Source: an uncultured bacterium
GTDB lineage: Bacteria > Verrucomicrobiota > Verrucomicrobiia > Limisphaerales > UBA8199
Direction: 5' to 3'
Assembly (NCBI GenBank): GCA_963749495.1
Contig: CAVVMW010000006.1
Span: 736,001 to 800,000, forward strand
Length of the DNA stretch: 64,000 nt
The notes below the pieces were generated by a model, which did no database searches, was not told the origin of the DNA, and saw nothing but the letters and a program-made list of their open reading frames with translations. A program made the position numbers and the translations under genes. Positions 29,233 through 39,473 of this stretch are shown one piece after another (within the stretch, counting starts at the first letter, position 1; each line of letters starts with the position of its first letter).

Positions 29233-29757
29233 ATGAAAACAAAACGTACGAAAGATACAACCACGGCTCCAATGGCGGAATCAACCCCGTCAAACAAACC
29301 AGCCACACCGCAATCCAGCACACTTCAACCCATCGTGTCCAGCATCGGGGAGTCTACGAAACAGAAACCCACAGCACCCACGATCACAAGGGAAACTCTG
29401 ACCTCTAGCACGGAGGAAACCGCGCCACAGACCTACGCCACACCTGCAGAATCAGAGAAAACCTCCTCCGGGACTTCAGACTTGGTGCAATTCGAGGCCG
29501 TTGCATGCGTATTCCAAGAGGGCTTTTTAATCGATTTCCCTGCAATACACGTGATCCCAACAATTCCGACGTTTCGAACTCGCCGCCGACATAAACATGG
29601 GAAGGACGCACTGACGGTACCAATCACAATATTCTTCCGGCTGAAAAGGTCCGATGCTGACAAGGTGAGCGACACGGCACTTGGACGTATGCTGCGATTG
29701 GAACTCGCCCGATCGCCGCTTACCTGGAAGGTTTATAATGTTTCGAGGGAGGGCTGA
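29233..29757 (+). CDS. 'DAD' paralogue family, copy 1
   Basis: VPITIFFRLKRSDADKV....L.R.L..EL; Thr/Ser-rich N-terminus. Confidence 0.65.
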   Translation: MKTKRTKDTTTAPMAESTPSNKPATPQSSTLQPIVSSIGESTKQKPTAPTITRETLTSSTEETAPQTYATPAESEKTSSGTSDLVQFEAVACVFQEGFLIDFPAIHVIPTIPTFRTRRRHKHGKDALTVPITIFFRLKRSDADKVSDTALGRMLRLELARSPLTWKVYNVSREG

Positions 29758-29854
29758 TATTGACGGGATGCATAGAAGACGCATTCCCGTAATATGCTCA
29801 CGCAAGGCCCGATCAACGTCGCACCACGATACTCTCGGGCAGGAGAACAGAATT

Positions 29855-30502
29855 GTGAAAACAAACAAATCGACATCGAAACACCTAAAGGCCACAACTC
29901 CAGGAGCTGAAAGGATCCGAAAGAGAAAGCTCTCGCGGACAGCCATGGCGAGAGAGCGCGCACTAAAGTTGACCACTGCGCCTGCGGGAACGTCTCCGAC
30001 TGACGAGGACTCCTGGTCATTGGAAGCGAAAGGACGCCCTGATCTTACCGAACTGAAGAATCTCATCCTCAAACGTGCTGGCCTTCGATTTCAGCGCAAC
30101 GAGTTCCTGTGCATAGAGTTTAGTCTTCACACGACGAAACGCTTGCTTGAGGAAGGCCACTTTTTCCCTGGGGAGAATGCGCTTCTGTTTCCTCAGGAAG
30201 ACAGCCAATGTCACGTGTATTCTGCCCTGCTGGGTGCTGATCCTCGCGCAGAACGATGGACGGGCTTTGCTCTCAGCAGTGATGGTTGCTGGCGCTCGCA
30301 CTCCTGGGTCGTCCGCAAAAAGGACAGGCGGCTGATCGAAGCAACACCTGTTCCTCGCACGATGTATTTCGGCGTGCAGATCCCTATCCCTGCCGAGCAT
30401 GCCGAGATGTATGCCGCTGAACGCGTTGCGGAGATGCCAAACGTTAAGACGCTGTTCGAGGACCAACTTCCAACTGACAGCCCTAATCATCCTTCCATCT
30501 AA
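29855..30502 (+). CDS. Papain/transglutaminase-like motif protein, paralogue of 26828
   Basis: SQCH...WTGFALSSDG.W..HSWVV....LIE....YFG; AGGAG upstream of the GTG. Confidence 0.65.
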   Translation: MKTNKSTSKHLKATTPGAERIRKRKLSRTAMARERALKLTTAPAGTSPTDEDSWSLEAKGRPDLTELKNLILKRAGLRFQRNEFLCIEFSLHTTKRLLEEGHFFPGENALLFPQEDSQCHVYSALLGADPRAERWTGFALSSDGCWRSHSWVVRKKDRRLIEATPVPRTMYFGVQIPIPAEHAEMYAAERVAEMPNVKTLFEDQLPTDSPNHPSI

Positions 30503-30695
30503 TTGTATAAATCGCGGCCACTCTGTTTTCCTCCGTTGCCACCCCAGAACCGTCACATTGCCCGCAAGAGGTTTCTCTGCAAGATCTGCGCGTCAGCCAA
30601 TGATTCAGATTTCCACGGCGGACACGGCCCGGTGCTCGTCCTGGAACATCCTACAATTCGGGCATCCAGATACTAAATGTCAACCAACCAAGACG

Positions 30696-31388
30696 ATGAA
30701 ATCAAAACGTCCGAAACCGGCAACCACGGCTGCAACGACCGAATCAACTCTGCCGACCGAAAGAGGCGCACGGCAATCCGGCAAAACTGAGCGGACGGTG
30801 CCCAACATCACCGAGTCTAGCGAACAACAACTCGCCGCACATGCAACGACAACTCTGACTCCGGCCTCTTCGACCAGTGAGGCAACGCCACAGACCCATA
30901 CCACGATTAAACCGCCGGCCGAGGGGCCGACCGAAAACGAAACCTGGGAATATATCACCGCCGAGGCGATTCTGTACTGCGAGGGACTTGGCTTCGATGA
31001 TTACGAAATAGACGTTGGCGAGGCATTTCCGATTCGTCTCCAAAACGCACACGATATTGTCGCGCAGATGGACTATTCCAGGCCCATTGTAACGCTCGTG
31101 CCAATCCAGATACATTTCAGAATGAAGAAGGCCGATGCCGACGCTGTTGACAACGCTACACTTTACCGGATGGTGAAAGACGAACTCTACCGTTTGTCCA
31201 ACGAGTTGCCCAATCTGGCGCCCAACAGTATCGCGGGTTGGGAGATCCTGCAGTTTGTGACAGCGGTTTCCTTGTCAGATCTCGAGTGGTCTGACGAATC
31301 CGATGAGGAGTACACAGAGGACTCGCGCGTCATTGCATTGATCCCGCAGGCATCTCCGCGTAGCCCCCAAGCTGATCATCAACGCTAG
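30696..31388 (+). CDS. 'DAD' paralogue family, copy 2
   Basis: VPIQIHFRMKKADADAV....LYRMVKDEL. Confidence 0.65.
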   Translation: MKSKRPKPATTAATTESTLPTERGARQSGKTERTVPNITESSEQQLAAHATTTLTPASSTSEATPQTHTTIKPPAEGPTENETWEYITAEAILYCEGLGFDDYEIDVGEAFPIRLQNAHDIVAQMDYSRPIVTLVPIQIHFRMKKADADAVDNATLYRMVKDELYRLSNELPNLAPNSIAGWEILQFVTAVSLSDLEWSDESDEEYTEDSRVIALIPQASPRSPQADHQR

Positions 31389-31531
31389 GAATGTGCCGTG
31401 AGCCATTTCGAACCGCATCGCCAACCCCGGCCGCTTCACTTTGCCCATCAGAATATTGCCGCCGCTGCATCTTTAAGGATGCCCGGTGCGGCTCGCGGCG
31501 TCATCAGAAACATGAGCATCCCTGACACATT

Positions 31532-32170
31532 ATGAAAAAACAGAAAGCAAACATTAACCAAGATCCGAGCAAAACGAAACCGGCCAAAGTCTCCAAAGAG
31601 CCGGCGCCCGAAATGCTCCCGAATTCAATTCCGATGTCTCCCGCAGACCTGCAAGCCTTGTTTGACCACCTCACCAGGGACGGAGTGCCGGAATGCGACC
31701 ACACGTTACGGGAGGCCCAGGCGTTTCTCAAGAAGCGAAAACTCAAAGACGAGCCCATCGTCGCATGGCTTCAGCAACATGGCGGCTATTGTGATTGCGA
31801 GGTCACACTCAATGTGATTCCTGACTTCGAGGATTACCTTGACAACGTTGAGGACAACGGGCCCCGTCATTTCCTGAAGGGCCGTCCGAGCACTAAACAA
31901 AACGCGGTCAAATCGCGGACGGCCGAGGGCATTGGCAGCAACCAGCAACCCCCGAGACCGAAGGGAAAAGAGACCGGAAACCAAAGCGCCAATCCTACTC
32001 AACCCCGGCGCCCGAAAGCGGGCAGTGAGCCGCAGGCGCAGATTCCGGCGGGCCACGACCTAAAAGTGATGGAGAAGGTCGCCAGGCAGTTGGAATGGGC
32101 CATTGCGCGTGACAAATCGAAACTCCGTCTGTGCCGCGAAATGATCCGCAAGGCCAAGAATGTGCGGTGA
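31532..32170 (+). CDS. DUF2695 domain protein
   Basis: CDHTLR....FL......IVAWLQQHGGYCDCEV. Confidence 0.8.
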   Translation: MKKQKANINQDPSKTKPAKVSKEPAPEMLPNSIPMSPADLQALFDHLTRDGVPECDHTLREAQAFLKKRKLKDEPIVAWLQQHGGYCDCEVTLNVIPDFEDYLDNVEDNGPRHFLKGRPSTKQNAVKSRTAEGIGSNQQPPRPKGKETGNQSANPTQPRRPKAGSEPQAQIPAGHDLKVMEKVARQLEWAIARDKSKLRLCREMIRKAKNVR

Positions 32171-32315
32171 TACATTTCGAACGGCTTCCAGCAAGCCCGG
32201 CCGGTTCATTCCGCCCAGGGCTCAGTGGGGTCGAACCTTCTTGGCGCGCAGCGCCCGACGTGCGCCATGGCGATCAAGCAAGCTCGGGCATGCAAAAACA
32301 AAGAAAACACATACT

Positions 32316-32900
32316 ATGAAACCCAAACGAAAAGCACGACAGACTGACCAGCCAATCCAACAATCCCCCACGGCAGGCCCTTCAGCCTCTGCCTCACCGA
32401 CCGACTCAGCACCTGACATCGCCCAAGAGGCGTCGCAGACCGATGTGACAAGTTCGAACACCGGGAGCAAAGGGACCACAACACAATGCTGGGCATATTT
32501 CAGCGTTGCGGCGGACATGCACTACTGTGGACTTTCCTGTGATGACGATCCCCAAGATGTAGGGAGCGTGTTCCCGGTTTCGTTGAAACACAGTTATGAT
32601 ATCGGGGCGCAGGTGGACGACGACAGGGGCGACATCACAATCATGGTACCGAGTCGGATCTCGTTTCGGATGAAGAAGGCCGATGCTGATCGGGCGACCC
32701 CTGCCGCCCTTAAACGCAAGCTCAAACGCGAACTCCGCCACTTTTATGCGAAACGGGAGGATCTGCCGCGCCATGGGGAGGGGCGACACATTGAGATCTT
32801 TGGGTGTCTATTGGCGAAGCCTAAAGGCCGTATAATGCGCGAAGCCGATCAAGTGTACGATGAACGCGTAGCCTGCCATCGCACCGATCAACCGGACTAG
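32316..32900 (+). CDS. 'DAD' paralogue family, copy 3
   Basis: VPSRISFRMKKADADRA....LKRKLKREL. Confidence 0.65.
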   Translation: MKPKRKARQTDQPIQQSPTAGPSASASPTDSAPDIAQEASQTDVTSSNTGSKGTTTQCWAYFSVAADMHYCGLSCDDDPQDVGSVFPVSLKHSYDIGAQVDDDRGDITIMVPSRISFRMKKADADRATPAALKRKLKRELRHFYAKREDLPRHGEGRHIEIFGCLLAKPKGRIMREADQVYDERVACHRTDQPD

Positions 32901-33168
32901 GAGGCACCGCGGCGAGACCTAATTCACAATTACACCTCCGACCAGCGGAAAGTCTAATTGTATAAATTGCCAGAAGCCCTGAATCCTCAACAGGTTCAGG
33001 GCTTTCTTCTTGCCTCCACGTTTCCTCCTATCCGCCTCTTGCCTCGTCCTCACCGCAACACGCTCTCCTTCAATTCAGCAACGCACCAGTCCCTCTTGTC
33101 CGAACTCACCGATTCACCAGCGGCCTTGCTCTTCGTCCCAAGTTGAATCTTAAAGATAACGAAAGGGC

Positions 33169-33197
33169 TTGACACATTTCGCAGACTTTGATAGGCT
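33169..33197 (+). promoter_or_regulatory. Putative sigma70 promoter for the replication module
   Basis: TTGACA-17 bp-TAGGCT in an AT-rich intergenic region. Confidence 0.5.
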
Positions 33198-33434
33198 TAC
33201 TTATAGATTCAAAAACGGAAGAATCCTGCCGCGAGCCAACCTCAAATCCGGCAGCGGGGCACAAACTCTAACGCCCCAAACAGTACACCCCAAGATCAAA
33301 AAGCGTGTCAGGACCGGCCAGTTCGTATTTCTGGCCAGCTCCTAAACAGCCAAGCGTGTGATCTGCTTGCGAGAAGCCGGATGCGATAGTTCTGGCAAGT
33401 TAGAAAGATCAACCCCACAAGGGTTTAGACAAAG

Positions 33435-34291
33435 ATGAAGGATAATTCAAAAGATATTGTAATTGGCGAAGAGCCAATCCTCCAATTCGGCTGCCGTTTC
33501 GACGATGTGGACGAACTCACCAAAACCTACCTCATAGCGCAAGGCGGTGAGGAAGAAGTCAATCAGTCCCCCCTCAGCCCAGACGAAAAGGCGCTGCTGG
33601 CTGAATACGAGAAGGAGATCGATGACGGCTTGGAGGGCTTTCTCCTGGTCGGCCAGCGGTTGTCCGAGATCAAGGCAAAGCAGCTTTTCCGGGCCACCCA
33701 TCGCTCCTTTGACCAATACTGCCTCGACAGGTTCGGGTTCGGGAGAATCTACGCGAAACGGGTCATCAATGCCAGCAAATGCGTCGAAAACCTCAAAACC
33801 GTGCCAATTGGCACGCTTTGTACCCCGGTCAACGAGGCGCAGGCCAGAACTATAAGCAATCTGAGCCCCAGGACCAGGTCAAGGTTGCAAAACGCACGAA
33901 AAAGAACATCGGGGATCGTGAGCCGACAACAAAGGACTTCGAGGACGCCAAGAATGAGGTGATCGCCGCTAAAGGCACCAAGACCACCAAGGCCAAGGCT
34001 GCCGAGGTACACGCGGCAGAGCCCTCAAATGTCGTACCGGTGCCTGAACCACCTGCTGGCCCACCCGTCATCCGGTCCTTCATGTCACCGGCGGAGTTCC
34101 ACAAAGGCGTCCCACTTCCATCCCTCAAGGAGCTGACCGACGCAGCCATCACGCTGAGCAACGTCAATTGGGACCCGGCAAAGAAGCCGGAACGGGAGAA
34201 ACTGTTGCTTAAACTCACGAAGTGGCTGCCTTTGTACGCGGCCTGGGAGGAAGCAACTCTCGGCGCAGATCAACACGAGGAGGCCGCATGA
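33435..34291 (+). CDS. Paralogue of 24155..25222 (frameshift near 33870)
   Basis: VGQRLSEIKAKQLFR..HRSFDQYC...VNEAQAR; the C-terminus (L.EL...KLL.KL...L.LYA) also matches. Confidence 0.65.
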
Positions 34292-34404
34292 TGAGAATCC
34301 CAACACAGGCCATCTCCCCAGCATTCACTTCGGGCAACACAGCAATCCCATCAACCAACACGACTGGAGCGGGAACGCCCAGTCATAACCAGAAAGCACA
34401 TATT

Positions 34405-34842
34405 ATGATTACAGCACAAGTTCCACGAGAGGTCAGTTTCGAGCTGCCAGAAGGGCGGTATCGAGCCTGCATCTCCAACCTTAAACCATTCGTCAAGCAA
34501 AACGGCCAGGGCGCGCAGGATTGGCTTCGCGTTTTGTTCGAGGTTCACGTACCCGGCCTGTCAGAAAGGGTCAACACGATGGCAGGGAGGAGCTTCAAGC
34601 TGGACCTCAACCCCGGCAGTGAACTGAGAAATTGGTTGACCGGGCTCTTGGGCAAGCAGTACTTCACCCAACACTCAGGGCAACAGGTCAACCTCGACTC
34701 TCTGCTCGAAAGGGAGTGCGAGGTGGACTTGGAGCACTTTCACGGCAAAGGCTACGACAAACCTCTCGTGGTCGTCGCGAAGCTTCACCCACCGACCTCC
34801 AAAGGGCCTGACATTCAAAGGGTCGAGGAGGGTAAAGACTAA
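34405..34842 (+). CDS. Putative ssDNA-binding (OB-fold-like) protein
   Basis: LPEGRYRA.I...SELRNWL..LLG...VNLDSLL..EC.V..EH. Confidence 0.55.
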   Translation: MITAQVPREVSFELPEGRYRACISNLKPFVKQNGQGAQDWLRVLFEVHVPGLSERVNTMAGRSFKLDLNPGSELRNWLTGLLGKQYFTQHSGQQVNLDSLLERECEVDLEHFHGKGYDKPLVVVAKLHPPTSKGPDIQRVEEGKD

Positions 34843-34961
34843 TCGAGGACCTTCAACCTGGGCGCCGCAACCCATAGGCGTCCAGGTTGAAAGCCAATCG
34901 GTTGAAGACAATGAGGGAGCCGGTCTCCTGAAGGCTGGCGCTCTCCAACCAAAGGCTCTCA

Positions 34962-35345
34962 ATGAACAATATCAACAATACAATTGCACGATCCGAATCG
35001 AAGCAAACGCGCCCAATCACCAGTATGCTGCTCAAGTTGGGGAAGACCCTGCCGAAGGACCCCAAGAACTCCCAATGGATGGACGTGGAGGAGATCTGCG
35101 CTATCTGTAAGGAACGTGGAATTCAACTCAATGGCGCCTTCCCCATCCCGAAGGATCTGGAACCCGCCCTGAGAGACCTGTTCGAGAATACGGACGAGAT
35201 CTGCACGGACGGCATCAACATCACCGGATTTCTCAAGAGGGTGAAATGGGACCTGGTATTCGTGCTGCGGTTCTTTCCAGATGTCCACCCCGGCAATATC
35301 GAAACCGTTGCCGTGAAGGAAAAGGAGAAAGTGCAGGCAGAGTGA
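34962..35345 (+). CDS. Hypothetical protein (distant paralogue of 49051..49656)
   Basis: LL.LG..L...W....I...C....I...F.N.D.I..G pattern. Confidence 0.55.
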   Translation: MNNINNTIARSESKQTRPITSMLLKLGKTLPKDPKNSQWMDVEEICAICKERGIQLNGAFPIPKDLEPALRDLFENTDEICTDGINITGFLKRVKWDLVFVLRFFPDVHPGNIETVAVKEKEKVQAE

Positions 35346-35692
35346 ATTCCATAGTGCTGGTGGAGGCGGTTGTGCCAGGTCCACCAGCCGCAGACTCTTC
35401 CACGTCGAGAAAATACTTATTACAACAACTCGATTTGTCTTGCATGTTAGTGTGAGTTTGTTAAGATTGAATTATACAGTTGTAGTTGCTTCAAAGTCCT
35501 GCGCAAATCCAAAGGAGGCTTCAAAGGGACCACGCTGAGACGGACAGTTACATTATACGCGATATGACAGGCAAACCAGTTTTTAGGCCGGCGGCTTTCT
35601 TCCCGTTCCTCTTGGGGTTTTGTCCACCTCAATTGTCATATCGCGGCGGGTTGAAAAGCCGCTTGCCTTTTTTAGTTTGAACGAGTGAGATT

Positions 35693-36724
35693 ATGAAAAC
35701 CAGTAATAACGTTAACATTTTAAGGCAGGAGTGCCCCTTGCCCAACCTCATGCAACTGGTGGGCCTGGGACAATACGCGAAATCCAGGTGCGCCTCCCCA
35801 TTTAGCCGTGATCAAGAGGCGCTGTGGTGCATGTTTCAATACCAGGGACGTTGGATGTACAAGGACTTTGGAACTGGGGAGCTTGGCGACGAGATTGGAT
35901 TGCTCGCCAGGATACACAAGCTGGATCCACACAAGGACTTCAAAGCCGTTCTGAAGATCTACCAGGACATCGTTGAACCCAAAAACAAGGGCAAAGGCAA
36001 AACCAAGGCGTCTAAGTCCAAGGTGGCTGTATGCTCAACGGCACCAGCCCAAAAGACTAAACCATATATTCCTGAATTCGGAAGTGGCACGTATGAGCAG
36101 ATTGAAAAGCTCTCCCAACTGAAGGGAATATCCGTTGATGGCCTCTTATTCGCTCAGGAACGGGGTGTCCTGGTGTTTGGTGCGCCGTGGGGTTTCGAGG
36201 TGTATGCTGTCCGAGATCGAGGCGGGCGGTTGGTTGAGGCTCGGTGCTTGGATGGCCGCAACTTTGGTGCTTCTGGAGGTCTGCCGGTGAGGGCAAGCCA
36301 GGTCTTGGATGGCAGCCAGATGGATTGGCCGCTGGGGATAATGGAGGGCCGGAACTGCGAGTGCCTGGCTCTGGTTGCCGGTTCGATTGAGTTCCTCACG
36401 TTGCATCAGTACGTGGTGAACGAAAACGCACAGGGCAGGGTTGCTCCGATAGCCATGTTGTCCTCTGCGCATCCAATGACTCCGGAGGCCTTGCAGCATT
36501 TCAAGGGTAAACACGTTCGGATTTACGCAGCCGTTGACAAGGCAGGTATCGAGGCGAGGGACAGATGGGGTAGGCAATTGCAGAGCGCCGGAGCCAGCAA
36601 AGTCGATTTGTTCAACTTCAATGCCTTCAAATCACCCGAGGGCCGTGCTGTGAAGGATTTGTGCGAGTTCAACCGGCTGAAGTTAGGGTGTAGTGATTTT
36701 GTAGAAAGGACCATTTTGCCATGA
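35693..36724 (+). CDS. Primase-like protein with degenerate TOPRIM
   Basis: Full-length paralogue of the next gene, but LVAGSIEF replaces LVEGIPDF. Confidence 0.75.
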   Translation: MKTSNNVNILRQECPLPNLMQLVGLGQYAKSRCASPFSRDQEALWCMFQYQGRWMYKDFGTGELGDEIGLLARIHKLDPHKDFKAVLKIYQDIVEPKNKGKGKTKASKSKVAVCSTAPAQKTKPYIPEFGSGTYEQIEKLSQLKGISVDGLLFAQERGVLVFGAPWGFEVYAVRDRGGRLVEARCLDGRNFGASGGLPVRASQVLDGSQMDWPLGIMEGRNCECLALVAGSIEFLTLHQYVVNENAQGRVAPIAMLSSAHPMTPEALQHFKGKHVRIYAAVDKAGIEARDRWGRQLQSAGASKVDLFNFNAFKSPEGRAVKDLCEFNRLKLGCSDFVERTILP

Positions 36725-37734
36725 AGATCGACGTTGCGGTGCTCAAGGAGAAGTGTCCACTGCCTGACCTCTTGCGTCGGATTGGACTCGGGAAGTTCGC
36801 CAAATCGAGCTGCCCTTCTCCATTCAGGTCAGATTCCAAGCCGTCATGGGGTATCTTTCAGCGCGATGGCCACTGGTATTTCAAGGACTTCGCCACCGAT
36901 GAAAGAGGAGATGAAATCAGCGTGTTGGCCCGTCATCTGAACCTCGACGAGAGGAAGGACTTCAAAGCCATAGTCGAGCAATACCGGGAGATTGCCAGCC
37001 AGGACTCGACGTTACCAGCCGCTCTGCCCAATTATGTAAAACCACCTCAAGCCAGCGAAACGGAGGCCCAGAGACCCGATTGCGGCCTCTTTTCCCCTGG
37101 TACGACGGAGCAGTTGACGGCATTGTCAGCATCGAGGGGCATTTCCATGGAGGGGTTGCAGTGGGCGCAGGATCGACAGGTTCTGGTATTTGGGCGTTGG
37201 CATGGCGGTGAGGTCTATGGGGTCAAGGATGGTCCCGGGCGCGTGATGGAGATTCGTAAGCTGGACGGCAGCATGTTCGAGGCTGTTGGCGCGCTGGCGG
37301 AGCGGAAGAGTCACGCGGTCAAGGGAAGCCAGAAGAAGTGGCCGGTCGGAATCCAGGAGGCCGCAGAATGTCCAATGATCGTTTTGGTGGAGGGTATCCC
37401 GGATTTCCTGGCAGCGCATCAGGTCGTAATCGAGGAAGGCCGCCAGGGGTGTGTGGCTCCCGTCGGCATGTTGTGCGCCAGTGTGTCCATCGCCGAGCAA
37501 GCACTGCCAATGTTCAAGGGCAAGCACGTGAGATTGTTCCCACATGCGGATGAGGCAGGCGTCAAAGCTGCCAAGAAGTGGTCCGAGCAACTGAAGGCGG
37601 CGGGCGTGGCGAAGATGGACTTTTTTGATTTTGCGCGGGTAAAAGTTGCTCCAGGAGAGCGCGTAAAGGACTTGTGCGATTTGATTGGATGGCGAAAAGG
37701 CCATCCTGAGTATGAAAGCAAGTTAGTAGCATGA
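36721..37734 (+). CDS. DnaG-like primase (zinc-finger-like N-terminus plus TOPRIM)
   Basis: CPSPFRSDSKPS...FKDF...GD; LVEG.PD, HADEAG, KDLCD. Confidence 0.8.
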   Translation: MKIDVAVLKEKCPLPDLLRRIGLGKFAKSSCPSPFRSDSKPSWGIFQRDGHWYFKDFATDERGDEISVLARHLNLDERKDFKAIVEQYREIASQDSTLPAALPNYVKPPQASETEAQRPDCGLFSPGTTEQLTALSASRGISMEGLQWAQDRQVLVFGRWHGGEVYGVKDGPGRVMEIRKLDGSMFEAVGALAERKSHAVKGSQKKWPVGIQEAAECPMIVLVEGIPDFLAAHQVVIEEGRQGCVAPVGMLCASVSIAEQALPMFKGKHVRLFPHADEAGVKAAKKWSEQLKAAGVAKMDFFDFARVKVAPGERVKDLCDLIGWRKGHPEYESKLVA

Positions 37735-39390
37735 GTGAGATTGTAAAGAAATGTGAGGAACTCCTTACAATGGAGTCTGGGTCAGTAGCGGTACAGCCAG
37801 AGGCGAAGCCTGTTGCTGGGTCCAATCTGCCCAAGGTGTATTTGCCAGCGGACGGCAGGAATATGTCCGATTTTGCATCCCAGGTCGGCAGGATCATGGG
37901 GCCCAAGAAAACCTGGTTCTTGAAGGGCGATCTGGTCGTTGAGGTTCGAGAGATCCAAATGACCAAGGAAGTGCGCAGCAATGGGTTTCATCCTTTGATC
38001 CCGGCTGAAGTGATTACGGCGATCGAGGATCATCTCTTGACTGGTCGTGATTCCAAGGATGCTGAGGACGGGGTGGTGTTCGTGAGAAGGAGCATGAGCC
38101 GTGAAACTGCTACGGCCCTGCTCGCGTCGCCCCAATTCAAGCGTGAGCTGCCCAGAATAGACAGAATCCTGGATGTGCCGGTGCCCTACATGCAGGATCG
38201 CCAATTGCTCTTTGCCAGCACAGGGTATGATGACAGGCTGAACACCTTCTGTCCGGCCGTCAACCTGGGAATCACCCCTTTGGGCCTTGAGAAGTCGAAG
38301 GAATGGCTGGCCGAGCTGTTCCATGATTTCTGCTTCGCCAACAGGGATTCAGCCATCGTGGCCATTGCGCGCCTCATTACGCCGATGTGCCGTGGTTTGA
38401 TGGGTTGGACTTCCCGCCCGCCAGTCTTCATCTTTGAGGGAAACCGACCCCGAGCAGGGAAGGACTATCTGGCCGGCTGCACGAGTGTTCTGTATGAGGG
38501 CCATGCGAATGAGGACGCCCCGCTTGATTCAGAACGTGAAGAGACAATTAAACGCATCGGCGCCGCCTTGTCCTCCGGCCGCAGGTTCATGCACTTCGCC
38601 AACTGCAAAGGCCATATCAATAACGCCGGCTTCGAGCAGGCTTCCACCGCCAAGGTCTTCAACTGTCGAAAGCTGGGGTCCAACGATAGTGGCGCCGACC
38701 TGAAACTGCCCAACGAGACCGAATTCAGCATCTCGGCCAACACGGGGTTCAGCTTTTCCGAGGACTTCAACCTCCGGTGCCGTAAAATCAGCCTCCATTA
38801 TTCAGATGAGGACGCCAACAGCCGCAGATTTGGTCATCCAGACCTCCACGGCTGGATTTTGGAGCATCGCCAGGAACTGCTCAACGCAATAGCCGGCCTG
38901 ATCCAGGTACTGGCACCAGAAGGGTTGTCCAGCAGGAGAGACAGCGTTCACGAGTTTTCCGGAATGGGCCAGGGTGGTAGGGGGTATCCTGATGACCTGT
39001 GGCCTGGGTGATCCTTGTGTACCCCAACTCGATGGCACCATGACCACCGACACGACAACCGCTGAAATGAAAAAGCTGTTCCAACTCGGCTTTCAGGAAA
39101 ATCCCAATGAATGGCTGACCAGAAACAACCTATATCAACTGGTCCGCGCACCCGATAGTGAGCCTGTTTGGGTGGCTGGATTTGAACGAACGCAGCGGCC
39201 AAACCAGCTTTGGGATGAGATTGCGGTCATTCATTGGACGCTCGCTTGGCGGCATCTACCTCCAGATGAACAACCATGATGCACGCCGCCCAAAGTATCG
39301 ATTCACCCAAGAACAGCCTCCCGCACAGGAAAACATGGCTGCCGCTGTGCTGGGAAACCCCCAGACCCCCTGCAACCAGGAAGACAAATG
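37731..39390 (+). pseudogene. Primase-associated P-loop helicase; frameshifted and interrupted near the C-terminus by IS66 (continues 41866-42364)
   Basis: PVFIFEGNRPRAGKDYLA Walker A-like motif; ORF pieces 37731, 38974, 39158, 41846. Confidence 0.7.
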
Positions 39391-39473
39391 GTAACCGTTC
39401 ACGGGTTTCGACGCATCGCTTGAGCACATGATCTGAGCAGACCGTAGATTTTGCTGGCGTCACAGAGCGACCC

